DNA of 45,601 nt from Gloeobacterales cyanobacterium ES-bin-141 (GTDB lineage: Bacteria > Cyanobacteriota > Cyanobacteriia > Gloeobacterales > Gloeobacteraceae): positions 1-45,601 of the forward strand of contig JACMIX010000046.1 of the NCBI GenBank assembly GCA_014380935.1, written 5' to 3'. The notes under the pieces are model-generated. The model saw nothing but the letters and a program-made list of their open reading frames with translations. It was not told where the DNA came from and ran no database searches. A program made the translations under genes and the position numbers. This document shows, piece after piece, positions 25,415-37,197 of the stretch; positions within the stretch are counted from its first letter, which is position 1, and every line of letters begins with the position of its first letter.

Positions 25415-26008
25415 ATGGCTACTCAGGAAATGCGGCGCGCAGTCGGAACTTTTGCGAATCACAGTCAAACAGAGCAAGCGCTTACCAAGCTGCGTGATGC
25501 TGGTTTTGATATGAACGATGTGTCTGTCATTACCAAGCACGATGAAGACAATAAGATTGCCGGAGCAGATGTAAAGGATGAGGCCGGCAACCGTGCTGGC
25601 GAAGGTGCCGCAACCGGTGCAACAACTGGCGGTGTTCTCGGCGGTATTACAGGCTTACTTGTAGGTATTGGTGCCCTCGCGATCCCCGGTATTGGCCCCG
25701 TAATGACAGCTGGGGCTGTTGGGACGGCGATTGCAACCACCTTGACTGGCGGAGCAATCGGGGCGGCAGCCGGCGGCCTAGTGGGTGCTCTGGTAGGTCT
25801 GGGTATTCCGAAAGAGCGGGCTGAAGCCTACCACGAAACTGTAAGACAGGGTGGTTATCTGGTGATGGTAGACGGTACGGCTGAAGAAGTTCAACGAGCA
25901 GAAACCATTCTGCACAGCGGTGGTATTCAGGACTACGGCGTTTACACAGCACCGGCTGGAACCTATCGGGACCGTGGCACGACTACCCGCCAGGACGTTC
26001 TGTCATAA
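25415..26008 (+). CDS. General-stress-protein-like (YflT/GsiB-type) protein with central glycine-zipper membrane segment
   Basis: ATG at 25415 with AAGGAA 7 nt upstream. N-terminal GTFANHSQTEQALTKLRDAGFDMNDVSVI is YflT-like. The centre is GGVLGGITGLLVGIGALAIPGIGPVMTAGAVG..GGLVGALVGLG. The C-terminus is KERAEAYHETVRQGGYLVMV. Confidence 0.6.
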   Translation: MATQEMRRAVGTFANHSQTEQALTKLRDAGFDMNDVSVITKHDEDNKIAGADVKDEAGNRAGEGAATGATTGGVLGGITGLLVGIGALAIPGIGPVMTAGAVGTAIATTLTGGAIGAAAGGLVGALVGLGIPKERAEAYHETVRQGGYLVMVDGTAEEVQRAETILHSGGIQDYGVYTAPAGTYRDRGTTTRQDVLS

Positions 26009-26123
26009 CCACACATCCGTTGTACTGGCTTGAGCCAGTCGTCATTGTGCTGTCTGACATACTGCTGTTGCGTGCAGGCAGCCCTATTCAACCAACAGTT
26101 CCAAATCAGGAGAATTGATCCCT

Positions 26124-26783
26124 ATGAAGAGTAAGAAGAGGTTCTCGGCGTTGTTGCTGAGTGTTCCTCTGGTTTTGGGTCTGGCCGCCTGCGGTGGGCC
26201 AGCCACAGAACAGAGCGCTGAGTCGGTTCGGAAGGATCAGGTCGCATCGGATCAGCGCGCTGAGGAACAACGTGAAGGTGCAGGGCAGGCCGCCGATCAA
26301 GCAGTCGGACAGGCTGATGAGAAAGCTGGGCAAGCCGTAGATCAAGCCGGTGACAAGGCCGGCGAACTTGCCAACAAGACCGGACAGGCTGCCAACCAGG
26401 CCGGTGAACGTGCCGAAGGTGCAGCCGACGGGCTCCTTGCTGACGGAGCGCAGACGGCCACCCAGGGTACCAGTGCTCAAGATGCGAAAGAAGATGCTTC
26501 AAGCGAGATGCGCAAGGAGCAGCTCAATTCCGACATCCGTGCCCGTGAGCAACGCAGCGATGCGACCACCGAGGTTAGCGATGGCGATCTCGAGAGTAAG
26601 GTCAGAAGCAAATTAGAGGCCAATTTGCAAAAAAGCAAGTTGACTGTCACCGCCGACGGCGGTGTTGTGACCATCAAAGGAAAAGTACCTAATCAGGCCG
26701 ATGCCAACAAGGCAGTCCAGCTTGCCAAGGAGATCAACGGCGTCAAAGATGTTCGTTCGGAACTCACCACTGGCGCAGGTTAG
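26124..26783 (+). CDS. Lipoprotein with LEA-like 11-mer repeats and a C-terminal BON domain
   Basis: Signal peptide with lipobox (LVLGLAAC). Five 11-residue repeats follow (AGQAADQAVGQ / ADEKAGQAVDQ / AGDKAGELANK ...). The C-terminus KVRSKLEANL...VTADGGVVTIKGKVPNQADANKAVQLAKEINGVKDV matches BON. ATG at 26124 is preferred over TTG at 26115. Confidence 0.7.
   Translation: MKSKKRFSALLLSVPLVLGLAACGGPATEQSAESVRKDQVASDQRAEEQREGAGQAADQAVGQADEKAGQAVDQAGDKAGELANKTGQAANQAGERAEGAADGLLADGAQTATQGTSAQDAKEDASSEMRKEQLNSDIRAREQRSDATTEVSDGDLESKVRSKLEANLQKSKLTVTADGGVVTIKGKVPNQADANKAVQLAKEINGVKDVRSELTTGAG
26277..26432 (+). repeat. 33-nt periodic coding repeat (11-aa amphipathic repeats) inside the BON lipoprotein gene
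   Basis: The protein repeats with an 11-residue period, rich in A/G/Q/D/K. The DNA shows recurrent GGnCAGGCnGcCGAtCAaGC-type units. Confidence 0.6.
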
Positions 26784-26804
26784 ACGGGATAGAAATAAGC
26801 AAAA

Positions 26805-26830
26805 GGGGTGCCACAAGGCACCCCTTTTTT
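26805..26830. terminator. Bidirectional intrinsic terminator between the BON lipoprotein gene and rpoC2
   Basis: GGGGTGCC-ACAA-GGCACCCC is flanked by AAAA on the left and TTTTTT on the right, between convergent stops at 26783 and 26848. Confidence 0.85.
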
Positions 26831-26847
26831 AGAGCGATATGAGGAGC

Positions 26848-29800
26848 TTAATCTTCATCCTCATCTGTGAATTCGTCATCACCGGCGAAGGTGACTCCTA
26901 CTGTTCGTAGTACGAGCGAGTCGTCGATCAACTCGTCGTCTTCAATGACCTCCTCTGCTTCCTCGTAAGCGTTGAAGCCGGTGCCAGCAGGAATCAGCCG
27001 ACCGATGATTACGTTTTCTTTGAGTCCGCGTAACCAATCGGATTTACCTTCAATGGCTGCCTCGGTCAAGACACGGGTTGTCTCTTGGAAGGAAGCCGCT
27101 GAGATGAAGGAATCGGTGTTAAGAGATGCCTTGGTGATCCCCAGCAACATCGGGGTGCATTTGGCTGGTGCCCCACCCGTGATCGACATCGCTTCGTTGA
27201 CTTGGTCGATTTGGCGCAACTCAATCAACTCACCAGGCAAGAACGTCGTGTCGCCGCCGTCATCCACACGTACCTTGGAGGTCATCTGACGGACAATGAT
27301 CTCGATGTGCTTGTCGTGGATTTCAACACCCTGGGAACGGTAGACCTGTTGAACTTCATTGACCAGGTAGCGCTGCACCTGCTCAATGCCTTTCTGGATA
27401 CCCTCCCGCTCGTGGAAGATGCGCAGGATGTCATGAGGGTTTGCAGGTCCGTCGGTCACCGGGTCACCGGCTCGCACATGCTGACCATCCGAGACGATAA
27501 TGCTTCCTGATACTGGGTAGTCAGTGACTGTTCCGTCCTCTTCCACCACGCGCACCTGGTAAGACTCATCGGGCATCTGCGTGATCTGTGCATCACCAGA
27601 CCGCTCAATCAGCACGCACATCTCCTTGGGTTTGCGAGCCTCAAGCAACTCCTCGACGCGGGGCAATCCCTGGATAATGTCTCCTGTTTTGGCCCGCTCA
27701 AAGACCAGTAGGGCGAGGTTGTCACCCCTCTGGATCAAGTCGCTGTCTTGCACCAGCAAGATGGCGCCTCCGGATACCAGATAAGGGCGCCCAATGCGGA
27801 CGACAACGCGGTCCTTCACGGCCAGCACGACCTGACCCGATTCAGGTGTACGCATAGAACCCGAGACGACGTCTCCAGCCCGTAACAGGTCACCCTGCTT
27901 GACGACTGGCTCACCCTTGGTGTCGATCGTAATCAGATCTGATGAGGTGACCAGTAAGATGCGACGGACATTGGTTCCCGAGCGGGTGATGCCGCGCACA
28001 GTACCAGCCTGCTTGGCGAGGATCTCAGTGCGGGCAATCACTGCACCAGGCTCGATCGAGTCCCCATCCTGTACCAGGATGCGAGTCGAAGTCGAGCCGT
28101 GCTGCAAGTCGGCAGTTACATCCCGACGGATGAGTAGCGTCTCCAGAATCACCATCTGTAGACGCAGCAGTTGCGGGTCACTCGGGTCAGCCATCAACTC
28201 AATATCAGCGGCCAGTTGTGCTGCCAGGTCGCTTATCTCAAGTACCAGTTGGGTCTTGATAAGCTCGACTCCGTCAACTGCCTTGACACGATCGTCGTGG
28301 CGGTAAGGGATACGCTGAACTCCGCGTAGACGGATACTCATCCCCTCTTGTGAGGCAGCCTCCTGACTGGGTGCATCCGGTTCGTCGGGAACGCTGAACT
28401 CTTCAACCGGGCGCAGGAGAACTGCCAATCCCTCGGGGGTTTCGACTTGCTCGACGTAACGCAACTCTTCAACCACCAAGTCCGGGAGTACCTCCGTACC
28501 CGGATAGGCTAGAGACTCGTGGGGGACTTTGAGGTCACCCGGGGTATCTAGCATATGCAACTCACCCGGCTTGATAACAACCTCGCGCAGGATGTCGTTG
28601 CGCTGAGTGATTCCGATCACTCCTGAGGTCAGGCAGTAGATATCCTTAACGACTTGAGTGCCCGCCTCGACATACTGACCGTCTTCTACTTCGAGTAGTG
28701 AGATGTCCTTGTTGACCTCATGGGTCTCCTCTGGAATCCAAAGCAGCGTACCACCCTTGAGAACTTCGTAGCCCTGCTTGCCCTTTGCCTTGGCAACTTC
28801 TACGCCGGCATACTTAAGGATGCCGCCTGAGCGTGTCATGTAGCGGTTGTCCACCCGTTCGGCCACCACCTGCCCGTTATGAACCTTGGTGCCTGGAGCG
28901 ATCTTGAGGGCAAACATTTGACCGTTGTCCGTTTCAAGAGCGTAATGCTCTCGCCCCTGAGACTTCTCTTCATGCACGATTGCTTTGTCGAGCAAGACCG
29001 AGGCAGTGATGATCTCTACTTCACGTCCACCCTTGACATCCTGATCCTTGAGGCGGACAACTCCACCATGCTCGGTGATGAGCTTGGTCTCGGCGATAAC
29101 ACCATCTTTTTCAACCTTGTTTCCCCGCTCAAGAGCGCTCTCAGCCCCCGGTGGCAAGTTGTATACCTCACCTGAGAGCACCCACAAAAGACCCGGACGG
29201 CCCGCATATTGGGTCTCGTTGCCCTGACGGTCTGTCTTTACCTCGGCAACCAAGTCGGCGAATCTAACTTCACCCGCTAGGTCAGTGGAGACTTCTTTCT
29301 GAGCCTTTTCCGTACTCTTACGAGCTGTCTTGCCCATCAAGGCAAGCTCGGCGTACATCATTCCCGCCTCCACGGTTTCGCCATCCTTGACCAGGATGGT
29401 TGAGCCCTGAGTGAGAGTAAGGGTGTCCTTGCGCCCTTCCTTACCCTCCAGGGTGACGGTCCCAGTTTGCTCAATCTGGAAAGCCTCATCTCCATGACGG
29501 GTACGTATCGGCCTTGTCCTCAGACCACTGGAGAATTTGACCTTGCCGTCGAAGGCTGCCTTGAGCGGTTGTGCGACTTCACCCGTGAAGACGCCACCTG
29601 TATGGAAGGTACGCATGGTCAACTGGGTGCCGGGCTCACCAATGGACTGGGCGGCAATAATGCCGACTGCCTCGCCAATATCGACCAAGTGAGAGTGAGC
29701 CAGTGACCAGCCGTAGCACATACGGCACACCGAGCGGTTCGCCTCACAGGTTAGTGGCGAGCGGACCATCACCTGCTCAACACCCGCCTCGATGATGCGC

Positions 29801-30627
29801 TTAACCTGGTCGGTGGTGAATTGAATGTTGCGCGGAGCAAGAACCTCATTTGTAGTCGGATGAAGCACATCACGGGCAGCAACACGGCCCACCAGGCGGT
29901 CTTCGAGATGCACGATCATCTTGTCTCCATCGCGCAGACTGGCCCGGTAGATACCGCGCTGAGTCAAACAGTCTTCCTCGCGAACGATCACATCCTGAGA
30001 GACATCGACGAGTCTACGGGTCAAATATCCTGAGTCAGCCGTACGCAGGGCCGTGTCAACCAACCCCTTACGTGCGCCGTACGAAGAGATGATGTACTCA
30101 GTGACATTGAGACCCTCGCGGAAATTGGTCTTAATCGGCAAGTCGATAATCTGCCCCTGGGGATCAGCCATCAACCCCCGCATGCCGACCAGTTGACGGA
30201 CCTGAGAAAGGTTACCGCGAGCGCCGGAGAAGGCCATCATTCCTACCGAGTTAAGGGGATTGATGTCCTGGAAGTTACGCTTGACTCCCTCGGTCAATTC
30301 CTGGGTCGCACCGGCCCAGGTATCGATAACTTTCTGGAAGCGTTCAACCTCGGTAATCTCGCCTCGGGTGTAGCGTTCCTCGGCCCTCTGAATCTCTTTT
30401 TCAGCCTGCTCAAGAATTTCGACTTTGCTCTCGGGTACTTGCAGATCCTCGACGGAGATCGAAACCGCTCCCCGGGTCGCGTACTGGAAACCGAGGTTCT
30501 TGAGATTGTCCGCCATAAGGGCAGTACGGGCAGTACCGTGACTGGCGAAGGCCGCGGAGATGAGTTGGCCGAGACCCTTTTTGTCGATGCGGCGATTGAT
30601 GAATTTGGGCTTGATTGGTTGGGTCAT
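26848..30627 (-). CDS. rpoC2: DNA-directed RNA polymerase subunit beta' (C-terminal part, cyanobacterial RpoC2)
   Basis: The protein begins in the middle of canonical beta' ([19 protein letters not shown]...). It contains the trigger-loop region with the large lineage-specific insertion and an acidic C-terminal tail. Size is 1259 aa. Confidence 0.97.
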   Translation of the reverse strand: MTQPIKPKFINRRIDKKGLGQLISAAFASHGTARTALMADNLKNLGFQYATRGAVSISVEDLQVPESKVEILEQAEKEIQRAEERYTRGEITEVERFQKVIDTWAGATQELTEGVKRNFQDINPLNSVGMMAFSGARGNLSQVRQLVGMRGLMADPQGQIIDLPIKTNFREGLNVTEYIISSYGARKGLVDTALRTADSGYLTRRLVDVSQDVIVREEDCLTQRGIYRASLRDGDKMIVHLEDRLVGRVAARDVLHPTTNEVLAPRNIQFTTDQVKRIIEAGVEQVMVRSPLTCEANRSVCRMCYGWSLAHSHLVDIGEAVGIIAAQSIGEPGTQLTMRTFHTGGVFTGEVAQPLKAAFDGKVKFSSGLRTRPIRTRHGDEAFQIEQTGTVTLEGKEGRKDTLTLTQGSTILVKDGETVEAGMMYAELALMGKTARKSTEKAQKEVSTDLAGEVRFADLVAEVKTDRQGNETQYAGRPGLLWVLSGEVYNLPPGAESALERGNKVEKDGVIAETKLITEHGGVVRLKDQDVKGGREVEIITASVLLDKAIVHEEKSQGREHYALETDNGQMFALKIAPGTKVHNGQVVAERVDNRYMTRSGGILKYAGVEVAKAKGKQGYEVLKGGTLLWIPEETHEVNKDISLLEVEDGQYVEAGTQVVKDIYCLTSGVIGITQRNDILREVVIKPGELHMLDTPGDLKVPHESLAYPGTEVLPDLVVEELRYVEQVETPEGLAVLLRPVEEFSVPDEPDAPSQEAASQEGMSIRLRGVQRIPYRHDDRVKAVDGVELIKTQLVLEISDLAAQLAADIELMADPSDPQLLRLQMVILETLLIRRDVTADLQHGSTSTRILVQDGDSIEPGAVIARTEILAKQAGTVRGITRSGTNVRRILLVTSSDLITIDTKGEPVVKQGDLLRAGDVVSGSMRTPESGQVVLAVKDRVVVRIGRPYLVSGGAILLVQDSDLIQRGDNLALLVFERAKTGDIIQGLPRVEELLEARKPKEMCVLIERSGDAQITQMPDESYQVRVVEEDGTVTDYPVSGSIIVSDGQHVRAGDPVTDGPANPHDILRIFHEREGIQKGIEQVQRYLVNEVQQVYRSQGVEIHDKHIEIIVRQMTSKVRVDDGGDTTFLPGELIELRQIDQVNEAMSITGGAPAKCTPMLLGITKASLNTDSFISAASFQETTRVLTEAAIEGKSDWLRGLKENVIIGRLIPAGTGFNAYEEAEEVIEDDELIDDSLVLRTVGVTFAGDDEFTDEDED

Positions 30628-30642
30628 GGTATGGCCTCGTAA

Positions 30643-32469
<1,827 letters not shown>

Positions 32470-32817
32470 CGATGTAACTCCCATTCCAAAATCAGCAAAT
32501 TAGCAGCCAGGTACCCTGTAAGGAGACTGGCAACCTGAAAATGCTTGGCCGAAAATATGCCTGCAACATTGCTGCAAGCACTCTAAAATTTCTCAATGCG
32601 TTTAGGGGGACCCTCGCGCCTTTGCTCAATCTTCGCTGTGCTGATAAATACTCTGTAACCGGTGTAGACTGCTTGCGGGTAATGACGAAGCACGCGGTCC
32701 GAGGACATAGATTCCCCCAGATAAGCAAGGCTGAAAATCCATATTAAATCGTTACATGCTAGTCTGTCAACACTTTGCCAGACCAATCTCAGAAGCCTGG
32801 AGCACCAGCAACCCCAT

Positions 32818-33414
32818 ATGGATACGACCACGCCCCTTGGCTGGAGCCCTGAACACAAGCGCCTGAAGCTATTTGAGTTAATACGTTCGGTTGCATACCG
32901 CGCCGGAGACTTTACCCTCTCCTCAGGCCAAAAAAGCGCCTATTACATTGACAGCAAAAAGGTCACCCTTCATCCCCTAGGGGCGATTTTGGCTGGGGCA
33001 TTGCTCTACGAGCTGTTGCCGGCACAGACCGAATCGGTTGGGGGTCTTACACTCGGTGCGGACCCCCTGGTCACGGCAATAGCGATGTTCTCAACCCTCA
33101 AACGCTATCCCGAGCGCGGCGTTGCGGCATTTATCGTCCGCAAGGAGCCCAAAAAGCACGGCAGCCAGCAGTGGATCGAGGGTCCTGATCTATCGGCTGG
33201 AGCCTCAGTTGTCATTGTCGATGATGTGGTGACAACCGGTGCATCTGGACTCAAGGCAGCCGAGATTGCCGGAGGGCTCGGCTGCAAGGTACTGAAAATT
33301 ATCGCTCTCGTAGACCGTGATCAAGGTGGACCCGAACTCTACCGGGAGCGCGGATACGCTTACGAGGCAGTCTACTCAATCTCTGAATTTTTGAGCGAAC
33401 CTGCTACTAGGTGA
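32818..33414 (+). CDS. pyrE: Orotate phosphoribosyltransferase
   Basis: GDFTLSSGQKSAYYIDSK and PRPP-binding VVIVDDVVTTGAS motifs. Size is 198 aa. Confidence 0.9.
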   Translation: MDTTTPLGWSPEHKRLKLFELIRSVAYRAGDFTLSSGQKSAYYIDSKKVTLHPLGAILAGALLYELLPAQTESVGGLTLGADPLVTAIAMFSTLKRYPERGVAAFIVRKEPKKHGSQQWIEGPDLSAGASVVIVDDVVTTGASGLKAAEIAGGLGCKVLKIIALVDRDQGGPELYRERGYAYEAVYSISEFLSEPATR

Positions 33415-33479
33415 CCGACCGGGCTGGCGCTCGGGCCATCTGATCCGGTATAAAAATAGCGTGTCGAGAGTGACGCTGC

Positions 33480-34619
33480 ATGCGCCTGCCCGATAATTTG
33501 TTGCGATACCTCTGGTACGGGCTGTGCCTGCTGGGGATGACCATATCGATACCCGCCCATGCGGTGGAGTTGCGCGTGGCTGTCGCGCAGGAAGCCCTTC
33601 AGTTGCTCGTCGGTAGTTCGACCACGGCCACAGTCTTTGATGAGTACAATCAGCCTCTCGGCCAGCTTGAGCCTCTTCAGCCGCTGGAGATGACAGCGGC
33701 AAACGACCAGGTGCAGGCAGCCGGAATTCGGGTACGCTACCTGCGCGTCGTACCCCAGCAATCCGATGGCCTGGTATTCATTGGTGAGCGCTGGTTTCGC
33801 GGTAGCGCACAGGTGTATGCGCGTGGAGGGCAGCTCAGCGGAATTAACCTGATTGATATCGAGGAATATCTCTACGGGGTTATTGGAGCCGAGATGCCTT
33901 CGAGTTGGCCGATTGAGGCACTTAAGTCTCAAGCAATTGCCGCCCGCACCTACGCGCTTTACCACTGGCAGCGACGGACAGATGCTCCCTTCGATCTCGG
34001 CAGCGACACTGGCTGGCAAGTCTACAGGGGCGCGCAGCAAGAAAACGACCGCGTCCGTACGGCAGTCGATGCCACCACAGCACAGGTTCTGACCTTTAAC
34101 GGCAGCGTCATCAATGCCCTATATCATGCGGCGTCAGGAGGGCGCACCGAGGATATCAAACTCGCCTTCAAAGAAAATCTGCCCTATTTGAGCACCGTCA
34201 AAGACTACGACCAGGATGGTCCGTACGCGCGCTGGCAGCAGTCATTTTTGGCCGGGGACCTGAGCAAAGCCCTGGGACTTGATCTGGGACAACTCTCGGA
34301 GGTCCGTTCGCTCGAGCGCACACCGAGCGGCAGGGTGCAGACCTTACTCATCGTCGGCACACGTGGCTCGCAGGTTGTTAAGGCCACTGACTTGCGGCTC
34401 CGACTGGGCTTGAAAAGTACCTCTTTCGAAGTGCTTGCCTCGCCAAAGCCCAGGCCCTCCTCAGTGCTAAGTACGATTTCCTTCGTCGGTCGCGGCTTTG
34501 GACATGGGCTGGGCTTGAGTCAGTGGGGAGCAAAGGCGCTTGCCGCCTCCGGATGGAACTGTCTGCAGATATTGAGTCATTACTATCAGGGAACGATTAT
34601 ACGTAGCCAGCGTCTCTGA
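33480..34619 (+). CDS. SpoIID/LytB domain protein (peptidoglycan remodelling)
   Basis: N-terminal signal/TM segment, then EEYLYGVIGAEMPSSWPIEALKSQAIAARTYAL, ALYHAASGGRTED and GHGLGLSQWGA, the signature blocks of the SpoIID family. Confidence 0.85.
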   Translation: MRLPDNLLRYLWYGLCLLGMTISIPAHAVELRVAVAQEALQLLVGSSTTATVFDEYNQPLGQLEPLQPLEMTAANDQVQAAGIRVRYLRVVPQQSDGLVFIGERWFRGSAQVYARGGQLSGINLIDIEEYLYGVIGAEMPSSWPIEALKSQAIAARTYALYHWQRRTDAPFDLGSDTGWQVYRGAQQENDRVRTAVDATTAQVLTFNGSVINALYHAASGGRTEDIKLAFKENLPYLSTVKDYDQDGPYARWQQSFLAGDLSKALGLDLGQLSEVRSLERTPSGRVQTLLIVGTRGSQVVKATDLRLRLGLKSTSFEVLASPKPRPSSVLSTISFVGRGFGHGLGLSQWGAKALAASGWNCLQILSHYYQGTIIRSQRL

Positions 34620-34672
34620 TTTGGCGAAGTCTGTTAACTTAGAGCCAGTGGCTAGCTCCGTCGGAGTCCTAT

Positions 34673-35482
34673 ATGTATCCCTGGGAAAAACCACCCCAAA
34701 AGCCCGAGGCGGAAGCCCAGGCACCCGGTACCACTGGGACCGAACTTGAAGAGGATTTTCCCTGGTCTGCGCGCTCAGCCATTCAGGTACCGCCTGCGGA
34801 GTTGGAGGAGCCCGAATTCTCAGAGCGTGAGGAGCAGCTCGTCCAGAGTATGCTGGCCTCGGCCCGTAAGCAGGCCCGTATTGGTGAACTGGAGCATGCA
34901 AGCCTTTTAGACTACACCAGTGACGAGCCCGAGACCGACTGGCGTCCCCTGATCGGGGTTGCTCTAGCAGCGGTGTGTCTGGGAGGCCTGGGGTTCTGGC
35001 TGACCCGCCCACAACCACAGACCGTCGTTACACGAGTACCTGTTCCGACTGCAAGCAAGGCTCCACAGCCCCCTCCCCCGGCAGTCGAAGAACCATCGGC
35101 CCTGCAAGATGCGACGATCCAGCCAACCGACACTAGGGCAGTGGTTGCCAGGGCTCTCCGAGAAGGGGGTCGGTCCAATCCTTTTCTGTCTGAACTTCCT
35201 CCACCGATACCTGCCGCACCTCCTACATCTCCCGCACCGGAACCCAAAGCATCACCCCCGCCCCCGCCGCCGCCGCCGCCAGAGCCGAGCTTGCGCCTGG
35301 TCAGCATCGCAACTTCCAGGTCCGACCGCATCGCCCTGATCCAGGTCAGCGGATCGGGGACGCCCTATCTACAGGAAGTGAGCGTGGGAGACCGGGTGGT
35401 CGGCTGGCAGGTCAAAGGCATTACCTCGGAGAAGATCGTCCTGAGCAAAGGCAAAAAAAGTCAGACGCTCTCCGCGCAGTAG
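34673..35482 (+). CDS. Bitopic membrane protein: acidic N-terminus, one TM, proline-rich linker, PilP/GspC-HR-like C-terminal beta domain
   Basis: TM segment LIGVALAAVCLGGLGFWL, followed by a P-rich linker including P9. The C-terminus LRLVSIATSRSDRIALIQVSGSGTPYLQEVSVGDRVVGWQVKGITSEKIVLSKG fits the PilP-like pattern. The domain call is by pattern only. Confidence 0.5.
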   Translation: MYPWEKPPQKPEAEAQAPGTTGTELEEDFPWSARSAIQVPPAELEEPEFSEREEQLVQSMLASARKQARIGELEHASLLDYTSDEPETDWRPLIGVALAAVCLGGLGFWLTRPQPQTVVTRVPVPTASKAPQPPPPAVEEPSALQDATIQPTDTRAVVARALREGGRSNPFLSELPPPIPAAPPTSPAPEPKASPPPPPPPPPEPSLRLVSIATSRSDRIALIQVSGSGTPYLQEVSVGDRVVGWQVKGITSEKIVLSKGKKSQTLSAQ

Positions 35483-35530
35483 CGGGTAGGTCTAATCCGG
35501 GTTTAACGCCACGGCAATCTAAGGAGAAGT

Positions 35531-36166
35531 GTGAGGAAATCAATCATCGCAGGATTGCTGATCTGGACTCTGGGTAGTCCGGCGCTCGCTGTACCGCTTT
35601 TGACGATCGAGCAGGCTGAAATTGAGGCAAGTAAAGATACCGAGGCAGGGCAGGTAATTCGTATCGAGGGGCAGGGTCCCTTGCCCTATCGGGTTCTGCA
35701 AAAAGGGCCAGACAAACTAGTGTTGTTTTTGCTGCGCACTGAGCGAGGACTCGTATCCGAGGTTGTATCGCTACCGCCCCTCGCGGAGATCACGCTCGAG
35801 GCCAATGCACTCGGTACACAAATGAGCCTGACACTTCAAGACCCGAGCGTGCCCTACCAGTTACGCTCTGGAAAGAAAACCGGTACTATCGAAGTTTTCT
35901 TTCCCACACCCGTGGCTCAGCCTGACCCTATCAAGGCAGCCGCCCCACTCACTCCAACGCCTGTAAAAGCCCCAACTACCGGCAGAATCTCACAACCAAC
36001 CGGCGGTGTCGGTGCCTCGCCTTTGCAAGATACTGTTTCAGCTGGAGCCCAGGCTACTAAGACTCCCCAAGCGGGCGATATCTCGATCAGCGCGGAGGAG
36101 GAACCTGATCCTCTCCCAGCAGGCATTGCACCTGTCCCGTCCCGCCCGGTGACACCACCACCCTAA
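35531..36166 (+). CDS. Secreted AMIN-domain-like protein with proline/alanine-rich tail
   Basis: GTG start with AAGGAG 4 nt upstream and a signal peptide (MRKSIIAGLLIWTLGSPALA). An alternating beta pattern of about 100 aa (VIRIEGQGPLPYRVLQKGPDKLVLFLL...GTIEVFF) is reminiscent of AMIN domains of PilQ/AmiC. Confidence 0.45.
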   Translation: MRKSIIAGLLIWTLGSPALAVPLLTIEQAEIEASKDTEAGQVIRIEGQGPLPYRVLQKGPDKLVLFLLRTERGLVSEVVSLPPLAEITLEANALGTQMSLTLQDPSVPYQLRSGKKTGTIEVFFPTPVAQPDPIKAAAPLTPTPVKAPTTGRISQPTGGVGASPLQDTVSAGAQATKTPQAGDISISAEEEPDPLPAGIAPVPSRPVTPPP

Positions 36167-36942
36167 AACTCTCGTCTTGCAAACACCGCGACCGCAAGAC
36201 CCAGCAAAATACCCGTGTAGAGAAGTCCGTATAGACCGGCACTCATCAGTTCAAGCGGTGTGGGAAGCTGTCCAAAAACAACACCGTTGCGCAAGTTCAG
36301 GCGCTCCAGATCCGGTAGAACCAGGTAGATTGCCCGCGTTATCTGCTCAACAGAGGCGTTTTTCGAGATCTGACCCAACCTGAGCAGATCTTGGGTGAAG
36401 TGTCCCATCAAATAGAGCGAGAGCGTGAAGATAGAAGCCATAACCGAGCTTGCGAAACTACCAAAAAACAGCGCTGCCGCGACGATGAGTAGTAGTTCGA
36501 GGTAGGCAAACACCAGCGATACCAGTAGGCCGCCTGCCAGTTCGCCCACGGGAACTCGCTGCAGCAGAATGACCGCAAAAAAGCACACGCTCATCAAACC
36601 CACGAGCAACGCCAGGACAGCTGACAGGCCCAAATGTTTGCCGAGAATAAACTCGCCACGGCCCAGAGGCTTGGCAATCAAGATGAAGATGGTGCGCTTT
36701 TCAATTTCTTTGTTGAGCAAACTGGTGCCCAAGAACACGGCAATGACCAGCCCGAACAAACTGATGACGGCAAGACCGAGGTCCAGGATGAGCTTGAACT
36801 CGGCCCCGGCACTCAAGTCCGGCAGCAATCGCGCCCCAAGCAACAACAACACGGCAAAAAAGACGATGAGATAGAGAATGCGATCGCGGATGGTCTCACG
36901 AAAAACATTCGATGCTACAGCCCAAACACGAATAGCGTTCAC
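36163..36942 (-). CDS. ABC-2 family transporter permease (no adjacent ATPase)
   Basis: Six hydrophobic segments and an N-terminus VNAIRVWAVASNVFRETIRDR typical of ABC-2/NosY-like permeases. GTG at 36942 has GGGGA 7 nt upstream. The alternative GTG at 37002 adds 20 aa. Confidence 0.55.
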   Translation of the reverse strand: MNAIRVWAVASNVFRETIRDRILYLIVFFAVLLLLGARLLPDLSAGAEFKLILDLGLAVISLFGLVIAVFLGTSLLNKEIEKRTIFILIAKPLGRGEFILGKHLGLSAVLALLVGLMSVCFFAVILLQRVPVGELAGGLLVSLVFAYLELLLIVAAALFFGSFASSVMASIFTLSLYLMGHFTQDLLRLGQISKNASVEQITRAIYLVLPDLERLNLRNGVVFGQLPTPLELMSAGLYGLLYTGILLGLAVAVFARREF

Positions 36943-37197
36943 GGTCAAATCCCCAGAGCCACTTTCAGGATGCCGCAAGTGTTCCCCGAAGCCAACAACC
37001 ACAGCTACGTTACATCTATATTTCTTTAAGAAGGGTCACTGTAAGCACCTTGCAAGGTTGAGCATGCCAGTACACCACTACGGTGCTGTGCTGGAGGCAT
37101 CTTTTGTGAACGACGCGCAGTTACAATCCCTGGACAGCCGAGGACGTCTGGCAAAAAGTAAAGTCTTTCAAGCCAGACTCGTGCGCCGAAGGGCTAC

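Noticed and set aside
33372-34040. 222-aa minus-strand ORF, plus a nested 108-aa ORF.
   Set aside because: It is antisense to the SpoIID-family gene, whose signature blocks are unambiguous. The product is Arg/Pro/Ala-rich and low-complexity.
34467-35331. 183-aa and 139-aa minus-strand ORFs, the latter with a poly-Gly run.
   Set aside because: They are antisense shadows of the SpoIID 3' end and of the proline-rich gene. Poly-Gly is simply the complement of the CCG/poly-Pro tract.
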